This document shows, piece after piece, positions 22,141 through 40,149 of a stretch of 64,000 nucleotides of DNA. Origin of the DNA: Cycas panzhihuaensis. Its lineage: Eukaryota; Plantae; Cycadophyta. Numbering within the stretch: the stretch's first letter is position 1; every line of letters begins with the position of its first letter. The notes under the pieces are model-generated. The model ran no database searches. It worked only from the letters and a program-made list of their open reading frames with translations, and had not been told where the DNA came from. The stretch spans positions 211,675,741-211,739,740 of the forward strand of contig CM041465.1 of assembly GCA_023213395.1 (NCBI GenBank), in the 5' to 3' direction. The position numbers and the translations under genes were made by a program.

Positions 22141-23360
22141 GGTCTTATGAGGTATTTTTTAGGATAGAAAAATAAGCTTTTCTACCTATTTTAATATGCA
22201 AAATAATAAAATTACACTATAAAATATAGAATAACTACAAAAAGGTGGGCACTGAATAGTCGAAACATAACACACATAATATTTTATTAAAAAATAAAAT
22301 TTGTGGGCCCTCAATCACTACACAAAGTACTGACAAAATAACAAAGTCCTCAAACACCATGTAGGGAGGCTGTTTAAATAAGGGTAGGCATCATGATATT
22401 CCCTAAAAGGTTTTTTTCACTTTATTTTGATTTTAATTAAGGTTGAACTCTATTTTGAATGACATTTCAACAATAGGTGATATTTTTCTATTATACACTT
22501 TGCGTGCTCTAATACTAAATAAGAGTTTAATAATCAAAATAGAACTAAATACTAATGACTACAGGTTAATCTACTAGAATTAGTCTACCTTCAAAAATTG
22601 ATATATATTTATTAAGAATAACTCTCCATCAATGCAAAATATAAATTTGTATAATTATAAATATAAATAGGATTGGTAATTGTCCACATATAAACTTCTA
22701 ATTACCTTAACATGTGTCACGAGCCTATAAAGGGATTTATAACTCTTAATGAATCACCAACCTAAATTTATCTGATATGAATATTAATCTAATAAAGGAA
22801 AGGCTACTATGATCCAAATTAATGATCAAAAGATGATAGATTCCTTTCGTTCCAATAAAAGTCCCTATCCTTGATAATTTTATAATAAAGGGAAAATATC
22901 CTAATCTGATAAGGGATAATAATTAATGAATTATTCCTAATTATATTTATGTGTTTAATACATAAGGAAATCAACATAGTGACTATCATTATAGGAAAAT
23001 GGTATGATCCTATAGTATTCTAAGAGTGAATATTTATAATAAAAGAATATAGTTTATATCTAATTTATAGTAAGAGTTACTTAATTAGTGACAAAACTAA
23101 ACACCCATCCATTATATTCTCTAAATATATAAGTAGAATATAATTGATAGAAGAGTGATGCCAAAATGAAGAGAATGATAACAAAATTTGAAGTTAGAGA
23201 TTATATATTCTTGTACGAGTAATATAAATGGGGTTCCTAGAAGTGAGGAAGGTATAAGGGGCTAAACATGAGATAATATAAAGAATATAAGACAAATTAC
23301 ATATTAAATTTATATTTCTACCTAGTATAAATATGCATGATATATTACAAGATTTTTTTT

Positions 23361-23845
23361 TATTAGAATATATGATCATTTCATATATGTAATATTTGAT
23401 ATAAGCATATGGTCTCATACAACCCCATACCAAAGGCATTGATAAGTGTGGCATGCACACATATTTATGTACATATTTTACTGGATGATAAAAATGCTCA
23501 AAAATAATATAAGTTATTTATGAGGTGATATAATCTGTAAATATGTATATACACCACTTTAGAACTTGAGAAAAGATTAAAAAAACATAAAGCTTGGAGA
23601 TGTAATCATTTGAAGATCATATTAAATCAGAGCTCCTAAAGACTTTAACTTTCTCCCATGGCTTTTCCTATCTTAGATTTTTCATATATAAATCTATTAT
23701 CTCTTGTGATATATACTTATTGATATGATATTATATTATTATATTTATATACATAATCTTAATGATATAATTAATTCATTATACTTGATTGATACACTTC
23801 CACTATGTACATTCTAGTATATTATCAAAGAATTAAAATTTATAA
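23361..23845 (+). repeat. LTR-like repeat with further copies near 30240-30975
   Basis: 23365-23665 aligns inverted to ~30355-30662; 23665-23845 aligns directly to ~30735-30975. Confidence 0.65.
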
Positions 23846-24012
23846 TATTGTATTAGAGACATGGTGAGAGCTTAGTTACTAACCATATTATGAAAGATGT
23901 TATGGAGATAAATTGAAGCTTATATGATCCAATTAAGTAAGTAGTAAACTAGTATATGAACTAGTGATAGAGCAAGTATATGAGCTATTTTAGGAAGAAA
24001 AATGTTAATTGA

Positions 24013-27077
<3,065 letters not shown>

Positions 27078-30000
27078 TTGATTATGCTAGTGATATATGA
27101 TTGGGATTCTGGGGCATGATGAAGCTAACTTAAAATCATATATAGATTTTGAAAGCTATACAGGTTAATTATTTAATTTATTTAGATATTTATTTTTAGC
27201 ATGTTAGTACCATATATACATAGCATATAGGTTTTTTAAGTTCATCCATAACAGATCACCTAAGCAAGACTAATCACCTTGTAAGAGTGATATGTTAAGC
27301 TAGTAATTCACTAGTATATAAGAAATAGGCAACATGCCTATACCAATGGCATTTTAGTGGTAATATAAAACCCATTCACTGGGTATTTTGAATAAGGATT
27401 TTGTCATATGTGATGTTTATATGAGATGCATGTTGATAAGCATGTCAAGGTTTTCCCAATTTGTTGTTATTATTATACAATAAGGGATTGAATTAAAAAT
27501 TAATGAAATTAGGGTTTCACCATCATTATATTATTAAAAAGGTTCCCACAATAAGGTGGCACAAAGCTTTATAGGTGATATTTTTAGGGCCTAACCTTAA
27601 TTTTTAAAAATTAAGGTTTTAAGGCATAATAAAATGTAGTATTTATGGCATGATTTAAACCCAAAAGGTTGTTTAATAGAGGTATGCTAGATGAAGAGGT
27701 AGCTCATGTGACACCCATAAAAGCCCATAAGTATAAGAAGAAAGAAGTTGAATAGGAAACTAGGGTTTTAAAAGAATTAACGATAGTGTTATTAAGTATT
27801 ATTTATGGTGAATTACTTAAATTATAATAACTAAGGTTTTATTGATTACATGTAGTGCCTATAGTTATATGGGTTTGATTTTAAAGGTTTTTACAATTCA
27901 TTATGAGATAATGTGATAGGTGTAGTTTGTTTATGGGTTGATTAGATATCATGGCTTAAAGAATCGATTTTCCATCTCTGTTATGGAGCCTTCAAGAAGG
28001 TTTGTGGTCAAATCTTATTTATCTAATATTATAGAAACCACTGCAAAGTGCAAGTCTATTGATATAAAAAGAATGGAACCAGCCATGGCCAATTAAGAAG
28101 ACTATGGAAAATTCAATGGAATGTGTAAAAATTAAGAGAGATGATTATGCTAGAGAAATTACTATGCCTATGGTTCTCTTTGTCAAATGTATATCTACAT
28201 TCTACTTAAGGTCTATGAATTACAATTGTTTTGACTAACTATAGATCACCATATAGTATTGACCTAGTCATAACTTATAGAAGTTCATCTGCCATTAGTA
28301 TAAACCTTGTCACTTGTAAAGCATGAAAGTAAGCTACCATGTTTTTAAGAGGAAGATTGTCTACATGAAGAACTCAAGCCATCACTTGAAATTAATCACC
28401 ATGGAAAACACAAAGTTGCCCATAGTCCATGACTTAGAAAATGCTATATGGATGGGAAAAAAATACCCTCCTTCATCTTTTCATTTGAAGCACGCAGAAA
28501 TTTATAACTATCAGAAAACCATCTACATCCATAGATATAAGAAAAAAGAATACTATGAGTGACTAAGGAAAGAAGATCAATCACCCATAGATATATAATA
28601 AATTTCAGTTACCTAATAAAGCTCACAAATGTAGATAGCAAACCCTAATACAGTATAATGAGACAAATTTACTTTGGTGTTCTTTTGTAAGGCTGCTTTT
28701 AAATTTCACTAAATTAGATAATGTTGTAAAGTCCATCAGAGCCCTCTATATGAAGCACATGGTCATATACAACACATAGCTTGATCGAAAACCTAGATAA
28801 AATAGGGCTAAACTAATTTTCTTAAGAAGTACTTAGTTTTCCATGATATATTGTTCATCATTTAAACATAACTTTTCATCCAAGAATTTATTTTTTAAAT
28901 TGTTAATTATGTTGGAATCCTTATTCAAAGATGGTCAAAATGAGTGGTCATAAGGCGTCTTCTAGAGATTAGATGATAGAGATTTTAATTTATAAAGTTA
29001 AGTAAAATAGTTTTAAATTCATAAAGGATGTAATTTTTTAGATTTTTTAGATTTGATTTGGCATAGTTTGATGTTTTTTAAGGTTCCTAAGATCATAATA
29101 ATGATATCGATAATTGATGATGAAATAAAAACTAAGTTTCATTTAAAATGACATATTAAAAGCTCATTTATAATAGTTTAAGGCTCCAAACTGATGAAAA
29201 ATTCGTGATGTTAGATATATTTAATGAAAATTTAATATGTGTATCTTAGTTATATTAAACATATTGAAAATTACCCTTGACATTAACATATTTTATCTAA
29301 TGGATACACAACACTAATCAAATATCGTGATCACCTAGTTTATTGCACACATAATGATAATTTATGATACCACCTTCTTGATATTAATAAAGATCCTAGT
29401 TTGTTTATAGTTATTTAAAGAGTTGATGAGATGATATTATTTATCCACCTGTTTATGAGACATGGACAAGAAGTCTTATATGTTGACTACTTGGCACCAA
29501 AATTAGTTATTGAGAAGTTTAGCTAATAGATGTAAGATGTGTATTTTTCAATGAGAAATTTAATTTTCTATATATGATAAAAGACATAGAATACATTATT
29601 CACATTACCTTGTTATAATTAACTTTACTTAGCTAGGTGGTACACCCTATTTTTATAGTTAGTTTGTTTAAATTATTGATTTATTGATGTTGATGAAATT
29701 TTATTAGTTGCCAAAAGAAAGTTACTAATATATGCACAAATGGGAAAACCACACATATATATCTTGTATATAAGAGGTAAAAAAAGGTTTCACAAGCTAC
29801 TCTTATATAGGAAACAATAATTGTTATTATTCTCATATGCAAGAGGCAAGATATTCATACTACTCTTATACAACATATTGGCTTAACAACTAATATTGTT
29901 TTATTTGTTGATGAACCACATATGCAGAATAAGTTCTTAGAGAACTAGCAATTAAAATGGTTAGTAACCCATATATTTTAGTAGATGGTTGTTTTATATA

Positions 30001-30239
30001 GACATCAATGATCATTTTTATTTATTAGATTTTAGCAAGATAACATATTGATAGTATTAATTGATCATAACTTTATAAGTGAAGATATGAGGTTGTTGAA
30101 TAGAAAACTTTATATAAATATGACAATTAAAAGTCATTAATTATGATTAGTTATTTGATTAATTAATGATTATTTTATAAGTTTATAGGTGGTTGGTCAT
30201 GGTTGCTTATTATTGATCACAGTTGACTATAAATGATTA

Positions 30240-30673
30240 AAAGTTAATTGCTCATAGGAGATAAGCATGATATTAATAGATTTATGTATTGCATATGATA
30301 TATCTTTATTTAGATTAATTTAGTTTGATACAACTTGATACAAGTTTACATATGGAAAAAATCATAGGTGAAGGTTGGAGTCTTCAGGAGCTTTGATTTA
30401 TTATAATCTTCAAATAATTACATCTCTAATCTTGATGTATTCTTAATCATTTCTCAAGTTCTCAAGTGTTGTATGTATATATTTATAGATAAGATTACTT
30501 CATTGATAACCAATAATATTTTTAAGTCTTTTTAACATCCAATAAGATGTGTACATGAATATGTATGTATGTCACACTTATCAATGATTTTAGTATAGGA
30601 GTATATGAGACTATAACCTTACATTAAATATTACATCTATGAAATAATTGCATATTTTAACATACCTCCTTAA
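30240..30673 (-). repeat. LTR copy with PPT (family of 23361-23845)
   Basis: Minus strand TTAAGGAGGTA precedes TGTTAAAATATG at 30662; homologous to 23361-23700. Left boundary approximate. Confidence 0.55.
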
Positions 30674-31574
30674 CATTTAATATCTTCAATTTGTCATCTT
30701 TATCTTTATTCTTAGTCTTCAATGTCTTTATGATTTTCCTTTATGCTCGAATATTAGGTTTTCTATGTATAAATCTATTGTCTCTTGTGGTACATACATG
30801 TTGATATGATATTACTTTATGTTTATGATATTGCTTGATATGTTGATGATACATTATTACATTTGTATACATAATCCTTATGATATGATTAATTCATTAT
30901 ATGTGATTGATATGCTTTTTCTATATATAATTGACTACATTCCAACATACTATCAAAGAATTAAAATTTCCAATAACTTTTGGGAAGAATATGTATATGA
31001 TTCTAATCATTTTTTTTCTTTGCTTCTATGTTAGGTAGATTATTCAACCATTAGATTAGAGGCCACTTAAGGACCTATAGAAATGATGCACTAGTACTAT
31101 TTAACTCGTGTACATGATGTGGCTATATCAAGGATGATACTCCATCTTAGAGGTAGAGTATTATAACACCCCTTAGAATACACCTTGTAACTTATTCCAT
31201 ATCTCTTATACATATTATTATATATTTTAATATTTAATATTTTATGGTTATGATCTCATATAATCACCCCTTGATATAAAGTAGGAGCCTAATGAAATGC
31301 CTTATTAGGTATGGGCATATACCTTTATATGTTTAATATCTTATATTGTGATGATATGTGACCTTGATAATGAGAGGCATGTGTATATGAATATGTGTAA
31401 GGGTGAGACACCTAAATACTTTACAAATGATGTAGAAGTTATTTTAATACAATTAAGATTAGACTTAAAGGAAGTATTAGGGGCATGTGACATGAACTAA
31501 ATAGGAAGTCCCTAGAGAGGAGGGGGTATTCAGGTGTTGACTCTTAGTGTCTTTTAGCCTCTTAGTTGAGGGAT

Positions 31575-31850
31575 TTTTCTATCTTCGTAAAGTATAACAT
31601 TTTTTTGTCTTTGGAAATTTTTTATCTTTGCAAAGTGTGATATATTTACATCCTTATGAAGTCTAAGGTCTTGTACCTTTCTAAATTTCACAGTTTTCTT
31701 ATCTTTACAAATTGTGATATCTTCACCTCCTTGTAAAGTATAACGTCTTTCCCCTTCACAAACTTTATAGTTTTTTAATATTTATAAATTGTAATAAATT
31801 TATTTCCTTGTGAAGTGTATAATATCACACCTTTTTATACTTTAAAGCTT
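31575..31850. repeat. degenerate ~75-bp tandem repeat (about 3.5 copies; also 34265-34410)
   Basis: Recurring TTTTCTTATCTTT(G/A)CAAA(G/T)TGTGATA...CCTT(G/A)T(G/A)AAGT...CCTTT...AAACTTT units. Confidence 0.7.
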
Positions 31851-32626
31851 AACCTCTTACTAATTTCTATGTCTTAGTTTCTTCTTTAAGAAATGAAGAA
31901 ACATTGCATCTTCATAGACTGAGGAAATTCTTCACTTCGTAGATTAAGGGTATTTCATTCTCTCATGAAATTATGAAGCTATTACAACTCTTATTTTGAG
32001 AATTATGAAGTATTCACAATCACATAATTTCATAGATCTTACAAGATTTGCTTCATGGAATATAAAGTTATTACATTTCCATGAAGTTGTAATATTTTGC
32101 AACCTTTTCCTTGTGTATCTTTTAGATCCCTTATAGTCTTACATATTTTAGGAGTATTACTTTTCATAGTGTGAAGTTTTCACATTCTTAAGAAGGTGTG
32201 AGATTACATCATTTAAGCCTCACAAACCATGAAATTTTACATTCTTACAAAATCTTCACATGCTTATGACTTTATAAATTTCATAACCTTTGCTTTGCAA
32301 TCTAAGAATCTTTCACAATATATGAAGTTATATGGTTTTACCTCCTCACAAAGTTTAAAGTTTAATCTTCTAATGAGTAATGAGTATCTATTACTTCATG
32401 AGTTGTGAGGCCTACGAAATTTTAAAATAACAACTTTTATAGCTTTTGGTATATCATGTATATCATAGTACATGTTAAGATGACTCAACATCTCTTGTTA
32501 AGGACCTCATGGACCCTATGCACCATGTGTTCTCCTTTTAAGAGTCTCATAGACAAAAATAAGATGTTTAGACTAATAAATCATAAACTTGATTTTCTTT
32601 GTATATGGTGTAAAGCCCTATTACCT

Positions 32627-32634
32627 TATATATA

Positions 32635-32686
<52 letters not shown>
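32627..32686. repeat. (TA)n microsatellite with one interruption
   Basis: Direct observation. Confidence 0.95.
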
Positions 32687-32688
<2 letters not shown>

Positions 32689-33655
32689 ATTAATGGAGTT
32701 GAATCTCCTTTATATATTATAAGACCTAGACTTTTATTCCTTATATATTTAGAACTAATGGTCCAAACATAAAGATCTATAGCTCTTAAAAATCTTTAGG
32801 GGAGATCTTTCTAACTGTACATATTCTCAAATTTTCTATTAGACCCAATAATATCAAAATTTGATGTCATTTTATAGGCTTATGAATTTTAAAGCTAAAG
32901 TATTAAGAGCTTCACAAAGGTGGATAATGATCTTGTGTCATTTAATACCCCTATGTCACTTATTAAATGTTCCTACACACTTATTAAGTGAGATGTTATT
33001 ATTAAGCAATGTATATTTTCTATAAAATGTTATTAAAACCATCTAGAGTCATATTAGAGGGAAATTAATATTTAATTACCTAATAATCACTCTCTTAATC
33101 AAGTTAACCTAAGAAAGGTAATGGATTAGTAAAGTGGTGGGCTTTTGGTATAAAGAGACATGAGTAGCAAATGCTTGGATCTTCTATATTTTTAGCAAAT
33201 TTTTATAAGGTTAAGTTATTAGCATTGGAAAATGTATGCACATATATTTTCAAGTATTTAAATTTATAAAGAATTTATTTATAGAGAATAGGATTTCCAT
33301 TCTTGGGATGGGGATTATAGGTTCATGTGATGTATGAAAGCTTGTATATATGCTTATGCTATTTGTATAAGGGAATTATGCCATGATAAAAGTGTGAGGT
33401 TTATCCTAGTAATGGAATAGTGTAGTGTTTTATTGCATTATGAGTGCGATGCCTAACTTTGTGTATGAAACCATAGGGCCTTGGTGATTAGTGGGGCTAT
33501 GGGTGAGATGGCACATATCACATATGGTTGTGCTCATAACATGGAGGGATTCTATGTGTAATAGATTACTTTAGGATTGGAGTTTGATATAATGTCGTAG
33601 TGGGATGCTTAATCATGTGATATGTTGTATATTAGATGATAATTCTTATTGAGCC

Positions 33656-34020
33656 TATTTGATATGTTGAAAACTTTGTGCATTTTTTACATTGATATAT
33701 ATATTATATATAAGCCCTACTTTGCATGGTTTGGGGGGGTATTATGGGTCAATGATATTATACCCATAATATTGTAATATCTCTTGGAAATTTCTTATAT
33801 TATTATAGCTATATATACTTATGTAGCAAAAAAATAATTAGAGAAGATTGAGGTTTTGAGTAATCATACTCTGTAATTCTTTAACTATTTCTCTAAATAA
33901 TAAAATGTTCTATCATTATACATGAATCTTTGTGGTGTTCTTATTCATTTGTTTGAATTATTTCTTTTGCATTACTATACATTCTTTTATCACACAACTT
34001 CTTTATTCTATATTTCTTTA
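33656..34020 (+). mobile_element. solo LTR of the copia F family (365 bp)
   Basis: Starts TATTTGATATGTTGAAAACTTTG and ends TATATTTCTTTA, like the F LTRs. Flanks GAGCC/AATCC. The paralogous unit has an empty site with a single AATCC at 36115-36119. Confidence 0.82.
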
Positions 34021-37000
34021 AATCCATAGTGTAGTTGGCTATTTGATTTTCTATGTAATGCATGATGAAAATCATGCTTATGTATTATGACCTACGAAAA
34101 GGAGCACAAAGATCTTAGAGTGTATTATGATATTTATGTCACAAGCCCTAGAATAGGAAGAAATAGATTCTAATAGTGAATTCTTCTAAATAATCTAGCT
34201 TATTTCCACTAAGATAAGTGTTTATATTCTATCTTCATTGTTGTTGATGTGTTCATATGTTCTATCTTTATAGTTATTGATACATTCACCTCCTTGTGAG
34301 CTGTAAGGTCTATTACATTCAAAGATTTTATAGTTTTCCTATATTTGCAAAGTATGATACATTTGCCTCCTTATAAACTGCAGAGTCTTTCACCTTTGCA
34401 AACTTTAAAGATTACTCTCTCTTAGATTTTTAAGTCTTTGTTTCTTCTTTAAGAATTATCGAAAGTTCATGCCTTTGTGGATTGAGGAAATTTATCTCTT
34501 TATAAGTTGGGGAGTTTTCATTTTCCCATAAACTCACAAAGTCATTACAACTCTTATCTCTTGAATTATGAAGTATTCATAATCTCATGATTTTATGTAT
34601 CTTTGAAATTTACAACATTTACCTTATATAGCTTTTGGCTACCTCACAATCTAATAAATTTCTAGACCATTACCTCATAAACTATGAAGGTTATGTATTC
34701 TCATAAAGTTGTGAGATTACACCATCATAACCTTATGAATTATGAAGCTTTGAATTCTCATAAATTCATTGCATCCTTATGGCTTCATAGATTTCATAGC
34801 CTTCGCTTGATGATCTATGAAGCTTTTGTATTATGCAAAGTTCTAAGGTTTCACCTCCTCATAAAGTTTCGAGTTTAATCTTCTCTTAAGAAATTCATAC
34901 CTACTATTTTAAAAGTTTTGAGACCTACAAAGCTTTGAAATGTCAACTTTTGTAGCTTCTTATATGTCACGTATAATGCCATATATGAAGATGAATTAAC
35001 ATCTCTTATTGAGGGCCATGTAGACCCTATGCATCATGTGTCCTCCTCTTAAGGGCCTCATGGACCTAAATAAGACATTTAGTCTAATCATTTGTAATCT
35101 TAATTTTATTTATATACATTGGAAAGTCTTGTGACCTTATTCATATAAGACTAATAGAGTAGAATCTCATTTGTAGGTTATTAAATAGAACCTTTAATTA
35201 CTTATATCTTTTAAACCTATGGTCAAAATCAAAAGATCTATAGCTCATTGGAAATCTCTAGAAGAGAAATTTCCAACCATACACATTCTTCAATTTTATA
35301 TTAAGGATGCAATGCCAAATTTTAATTTTGATATCAATTAATATGCTTATGAACTTGAAAGCTGAAGCTTCAAGAGCTTCAAGGATCTAGGCAATACTCT
35401 TGCATTATTTAATGTTAATACACCATATATTAAATGATATATCATTATTGAGTGATATGTATTATATTCAAAATATCATTAGAATCCTCTATAATATCAT
35501 TAAAAGGATATTAATCCTTAATTACCTAGTAATCACTCTCCTAATCAAGTTAACCTAAGAAAGGTAGTGGATTATAAGTTATTAGACTTATAATATAAAG
35601 AGATATGAATGGTGAATATTTAGGCTTTTGGGATCTTAATAATTTTTTAAAATGTTAATATATTGGCATTGGGAAGTCTATGCATATATATTTTATAGAA
35701 CTCAAATTAGTAGAGTATCTTTTCACATGTAGTAGGATTTTCATTCTTTGGATGGGGATTATATGTTCATGTGATCAAAGTATATCATGATAAAAGTATA
35801 ATACTTTATCTTGATAATAGAATAATGGCATAAGGGAATTATATCATGATAAAAGTATGAGACTTTGTCTTAGTAATAGAATAATGTGGTATTTCATTAT
35901 ATTATGAGTGCAATGGCTAACTTTAGGTATGAAACTAGAGAGCCATGGTGATCAAAGGGGGTGTGGATGAGATGTCATAGATAGTATGTGGACATGCTCT
36001 TAATAGAGTGGAATTTTATATGTGATACATTATTCTAGGATTAGAGCTTTATACAATATCATGGTAGGATACCCAAATATGTGATATGTTGGATATTGGA
36101 TGATAATTCTTACTAATCCCTAATGTAGTTAGTTGCTTGATTTCTTGTGTGATATGTGATGAACTGTATGCACGTGTGATATAACCTAGGAAAGGAAGTA
36201 TATAGATCTTATAAGGTAGTATAGTATTTATATCATTGTCTTAACACCAAGGTAGAGAGATTCTAGTTGGATGGGTAGTGAATCCTTCTAAGAAATCTAG
36301 CATATTTCCATTAAGATGAGTGTTTATCTTCTATCTTTATGCTTGTTAATATATTATTATTTGCTAATGATAATAATTGTTAAATCTATTATGGGATGTT
36401 GCATGTGTTAATAACATTATAGTTAGTCAGTGGTTGCATTATAAATCATATAGAATTTTCATAATCTTCCACTAAACTATTAGCACAACATGATGCTCAT
36501 TATTCTTGTGGAATTATATGAGGTCAAATAGTCTATAAGTGCATCTAAGTTAATATCATAAGAAAAAATGAAGTTAAAAAAAAGGATCTATGATAAGTTT
36601 GAGGCATAAGAAGTGGGTCATTGTAGTTAGTATCGATGCAAAATATATTCTATTATTTTTCTATCAAGTGGTAATTAGGAGAATTGATTCTTTATAATTA
36701 TCATCAAAGTTGAGGTTTACACTCAATAAGAACATATGAGAAAATGTGGGTTCAGAGACCAATTAAAAGCATGCGAAGAATGATCATTGTAGACCTTGTA
36801 TCAAAGAGAGAGAAAGTTAAATCAAAGAAGATTTAATTCTGATAGGAGATAGAATAAGAAGGGCTAAAAGAATAAATAATATACCATTCAAAGTATTCAA
36901 CCATGGTAATCCATATGACAAGGAGATGGAATAAGAAAGAGGTTGATGGAAACCAAAAAGTCAATTAGTGATTCCCCAAGTGGAATTTGATAAAACTCTT

Positions 37001-38610
37001 CATAATTTGGAAGAATAGATTTGTCATTGTAGGGAGGATAATAACATCATCTTGAGCAAGCTTGTAAACATTTAAATAATAATGGAATGTGACTAGGAAG
37101 AATGAGAATACCAAGACCAAGGGAGCAAGCCCTAAGAGTGAATTATAAGAAGAAACTTTAGCAAAAGAGTTAGGGGAAAAGAACCCTATAGTAGCCTCAA
37201 GTAGAAGGAGAAACTCCAATGAAAGTAAGGAAGATAAAAGAAATGACTTAGATCCCTCCTCCTCAATAAGGCATGAAGAACATAGATCAATCCTAAAGCA
37301 TCACAATTGCTAGTTGCATTAGTCTAAATTTCCATAAGAATATTTGTTTTCACTACCATAAGGAATGACACTATGGTCAAAGGTGTCCAAAAAGATGAAG
37401 AGTGAGAGAAAATTCTCATAACATTAGCATGTAGCCAAGTGTGGTTGAGACAGAGAAGGGAAAAGTGAGCTAGCCTTAGAGCATATATGAAACTAACTAT
37501 ATTAGCATAGACCTTCCTAAGGACACCTCTCAAATTAGATGTTACCACTGTAATAAAAGAGGGCATCATGCTTGGGGATGCCCAATAATGATAAAAAAAG
37601 AAGAAAATATTAGTGCAACTATTGAACCTTAATAAGAGCCAAGGGTCTCTCAAATGTTTTGAAAGTATGTGGCATAAGATATAAGATAAAATGATAGCAC
37701 TGATATGCTATGAGAATTATCCTACAATCTTTATGTCTTATTTTCATAATCGCTGACTTGTAATTAAAAGGTTTACACTTTTGATATGATATGTGATATG
37801 AGGCCATTCCCATATGTAATAAGCACAAACACCTTGTGTGATATTATAGATATAAATGATACACAAGGATGCATGATGTGACTAAATTGGCATTGATAAT
37901 ATAAGTGAAAGTATGATATGATCCCATGGATACACACACACACACATATATAAACACATATAATATATGTAAAAGTGGGATGCTACCATTGATAAGATCA
38001 TTAGATTAGTGTGATCATGGTGAGATGCCATTCATATCATTTTATTGTATGTATAATTATGTTGAGATTGCAATGATATTCTAAGCCATAGTACTGACAT
38101 TTTCATATGAGTATGATATATTCATGGTGTGAGTGCCATATGGTAAACATTCCTTTATAAGATGACAATGATACACTATTAAGAATGTTATATGTTGTGT
38201 GATGTGTTCTTATTATGGAGTGTTGTCTATTATGGTCAAAGTGTGTATTACTTAGTATGGTTAATAATGGGTGATATTATAGTGGTTAAGATCTAAAAGT
38301 TAATGGTCTGCATGCCAATAATAGAGTTTTATTGGATATATATGCATGCATAAATAAGTATGATTGTGCATATGAAACTAACATGATACTAGTTGTTATA
38401 TGCAATAACAATAAGAATATGCCCTATGGGTTAACAACAAAAATATTGTAAAGTATGATGATGAGAGTGCCCCATAATGTGTCAATGACTGAGTATCATA
38501 TCCTAAGTATTAATAAGGAAATTCTACCATAATGCATAATGGAATGTTATTTGTGTGTACTATTATAAGTAACACCCACCTTACTCATGAATGGAAAAGT
38601 GAAACATTGC

Positions 38611-38652
<42 letters not shown>

Positions 38653-38676
38653 ATATATATATATATATATATATAT
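38611..38676. repeat. compound microsatellite (ATCT)10(AT)13
   Basis: Direct observation. Confidence 0.95.
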
Positions 38677-40149
38677 AAGCAAATAAAGTGATACTAAATA
38701 ATAATTATTCTATCCTAAGGATCGATGAGTCATTGGATATATGAGAAAATCCAAAATAGTTTCTAAGATTGATCTAAGGATGTAATGATATTAGGATTTG
38801 AATTAAGAATGAGAACATCCTAACAATAATTTTCCAAACTCAATAAAGGTATAAAGAGTTGCTAATGATACCACTTAATTAACTAGATACTAGGCAAAAA
38901 AGACAAATGAGGTTCCTAACTATAACATCAATATTCAATTTGCATTTACACTAAACTTATAATACTCAACTAGATTTTAAATTTACATGTCTTTCTCTAG
39001 ATTGCATTGATAATGTTTGATCTAATTAATGATAAATCAACCTATGTTCATAATATTTATCTTGATTCTACCTTGAATACATTAGCATATAGATCAACTA
39101 AACCTAACATTAATGCATGAAAATTCTATTAATGTCATCAATTAAACTTAAAACTATTATGTATCACATTGCCTTATATTAATAGCATAGGACCCAATTA
39201 TATTGATAGTGTTCAATTAAATTTGAGACTAAAATGGTCATTTTCATTATTACTATGTAATTGGATTTAGAGATAATAAAAAATAAAAAAATTATTCAAG
39301 GTGAATGTCATAAGTAATGAAAGGGCTTTGTTAAGGGTGCCATGATTGATGAGGGTTTTGTGGCATGTTGAAAGTAGTAGATAGATCATTAGCTTGTGTT
39401 GAGGAAAATTGGCATGTTTGGGGCTTCCATACGAAGCTTGCTAATATGTTAAGAACCTATGCATGTGAAGATTATGTCAATCAACTACAAGTGTAATGAG
39501 GATTTGCAAGTTCATTAGGGTTTGTTGGGTGCCACCCCATTAGTAAGAAGGTTGAGTTTGTAGGATTGATATAATTAGGGCCTTCATAGTAGGCCATTGT
39601 AGATGGTACATATGGTAGTGACCATGATCATTCATCAAAACTTGTTTGGGCACATGTATTCTTGTATGTTGTTGCCATTTGAAGAAGAAAGTGTTGTATG
39701 GCAATTAGATCTTCTCCATTCTAAGCTGTAAAAATTTATGGGAGAGTTTTAAGATGTAGAAAAAGGTTTGCATGCAAGTTTTAAGAGTCATAATTATGTG
39801 TTATGGCTACATTAAGGTTTTTTACAATTGTGGTAGCAGGTTTTCAGTGGATTTGGCTTAGTATACTCTATGTTTCAACTTTGATTGGTGGTGTTGTTAT
39901 CTACAAATGACAATTTGATAAAAGACTGTGTTTTGAAGGAAATTATGTGTTGATTTAATGAGTTTTATAGGTAGTTTTAGAGTTAGGGAGCTCTATCTGT
40001 TGTTGGATAACTTTGACATTGTGTTGGGCACTTGTCTACAATGAAAACTCATTATTGGATATATATTTTATGATTATGATATTTTTGTTGAGTTTGTAGT
40101 TCTCAAAAGTGTATATCTAATATTTTACAAATCAAAATTCAATTGAAAA

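Larger units (their letters stand above)
31162..36350 (+). repeat. two head-to-tail diverged ~2.1-2.7-kb units, probably long gypsy LTR sequence
   Basis: Collinear matches 32440/34945, 33080/35530 (TAATCACTCTC.TAATCAAGTTAACCTAAGAAAGGTA) and 34180/36290. TATAACACCCC (decayed TGTAACACCC) follows a purine tract at 31162. Junction near 34260. Confidence 0.75.

Noticed and set aside
22506-22517. Decayed PBS (GCTCTAATACTA) as the PBS of copia C
   Set aside because: The adjacent sequence does not match the putative C LTR and most of gag is missing in between, so it cannot be assigned.
28060-28600. Possible coding remnant (79-aa ORF 28323-28562)
   Set aside because: No motif I can recognise; cannot be assigned without a search.
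31575-31850. CRISPR-like array
   Set aside because: Eukaryotic context; the units are degenerate tandem repeats without unique spacers, and no cas genes are present.
36960-37650. Purine-rich coding-like stretch (WKNRFVIVG), possibly a gypsy accessory ORF
   Set aside because: Too degenerate; a single short motif is not enough support.
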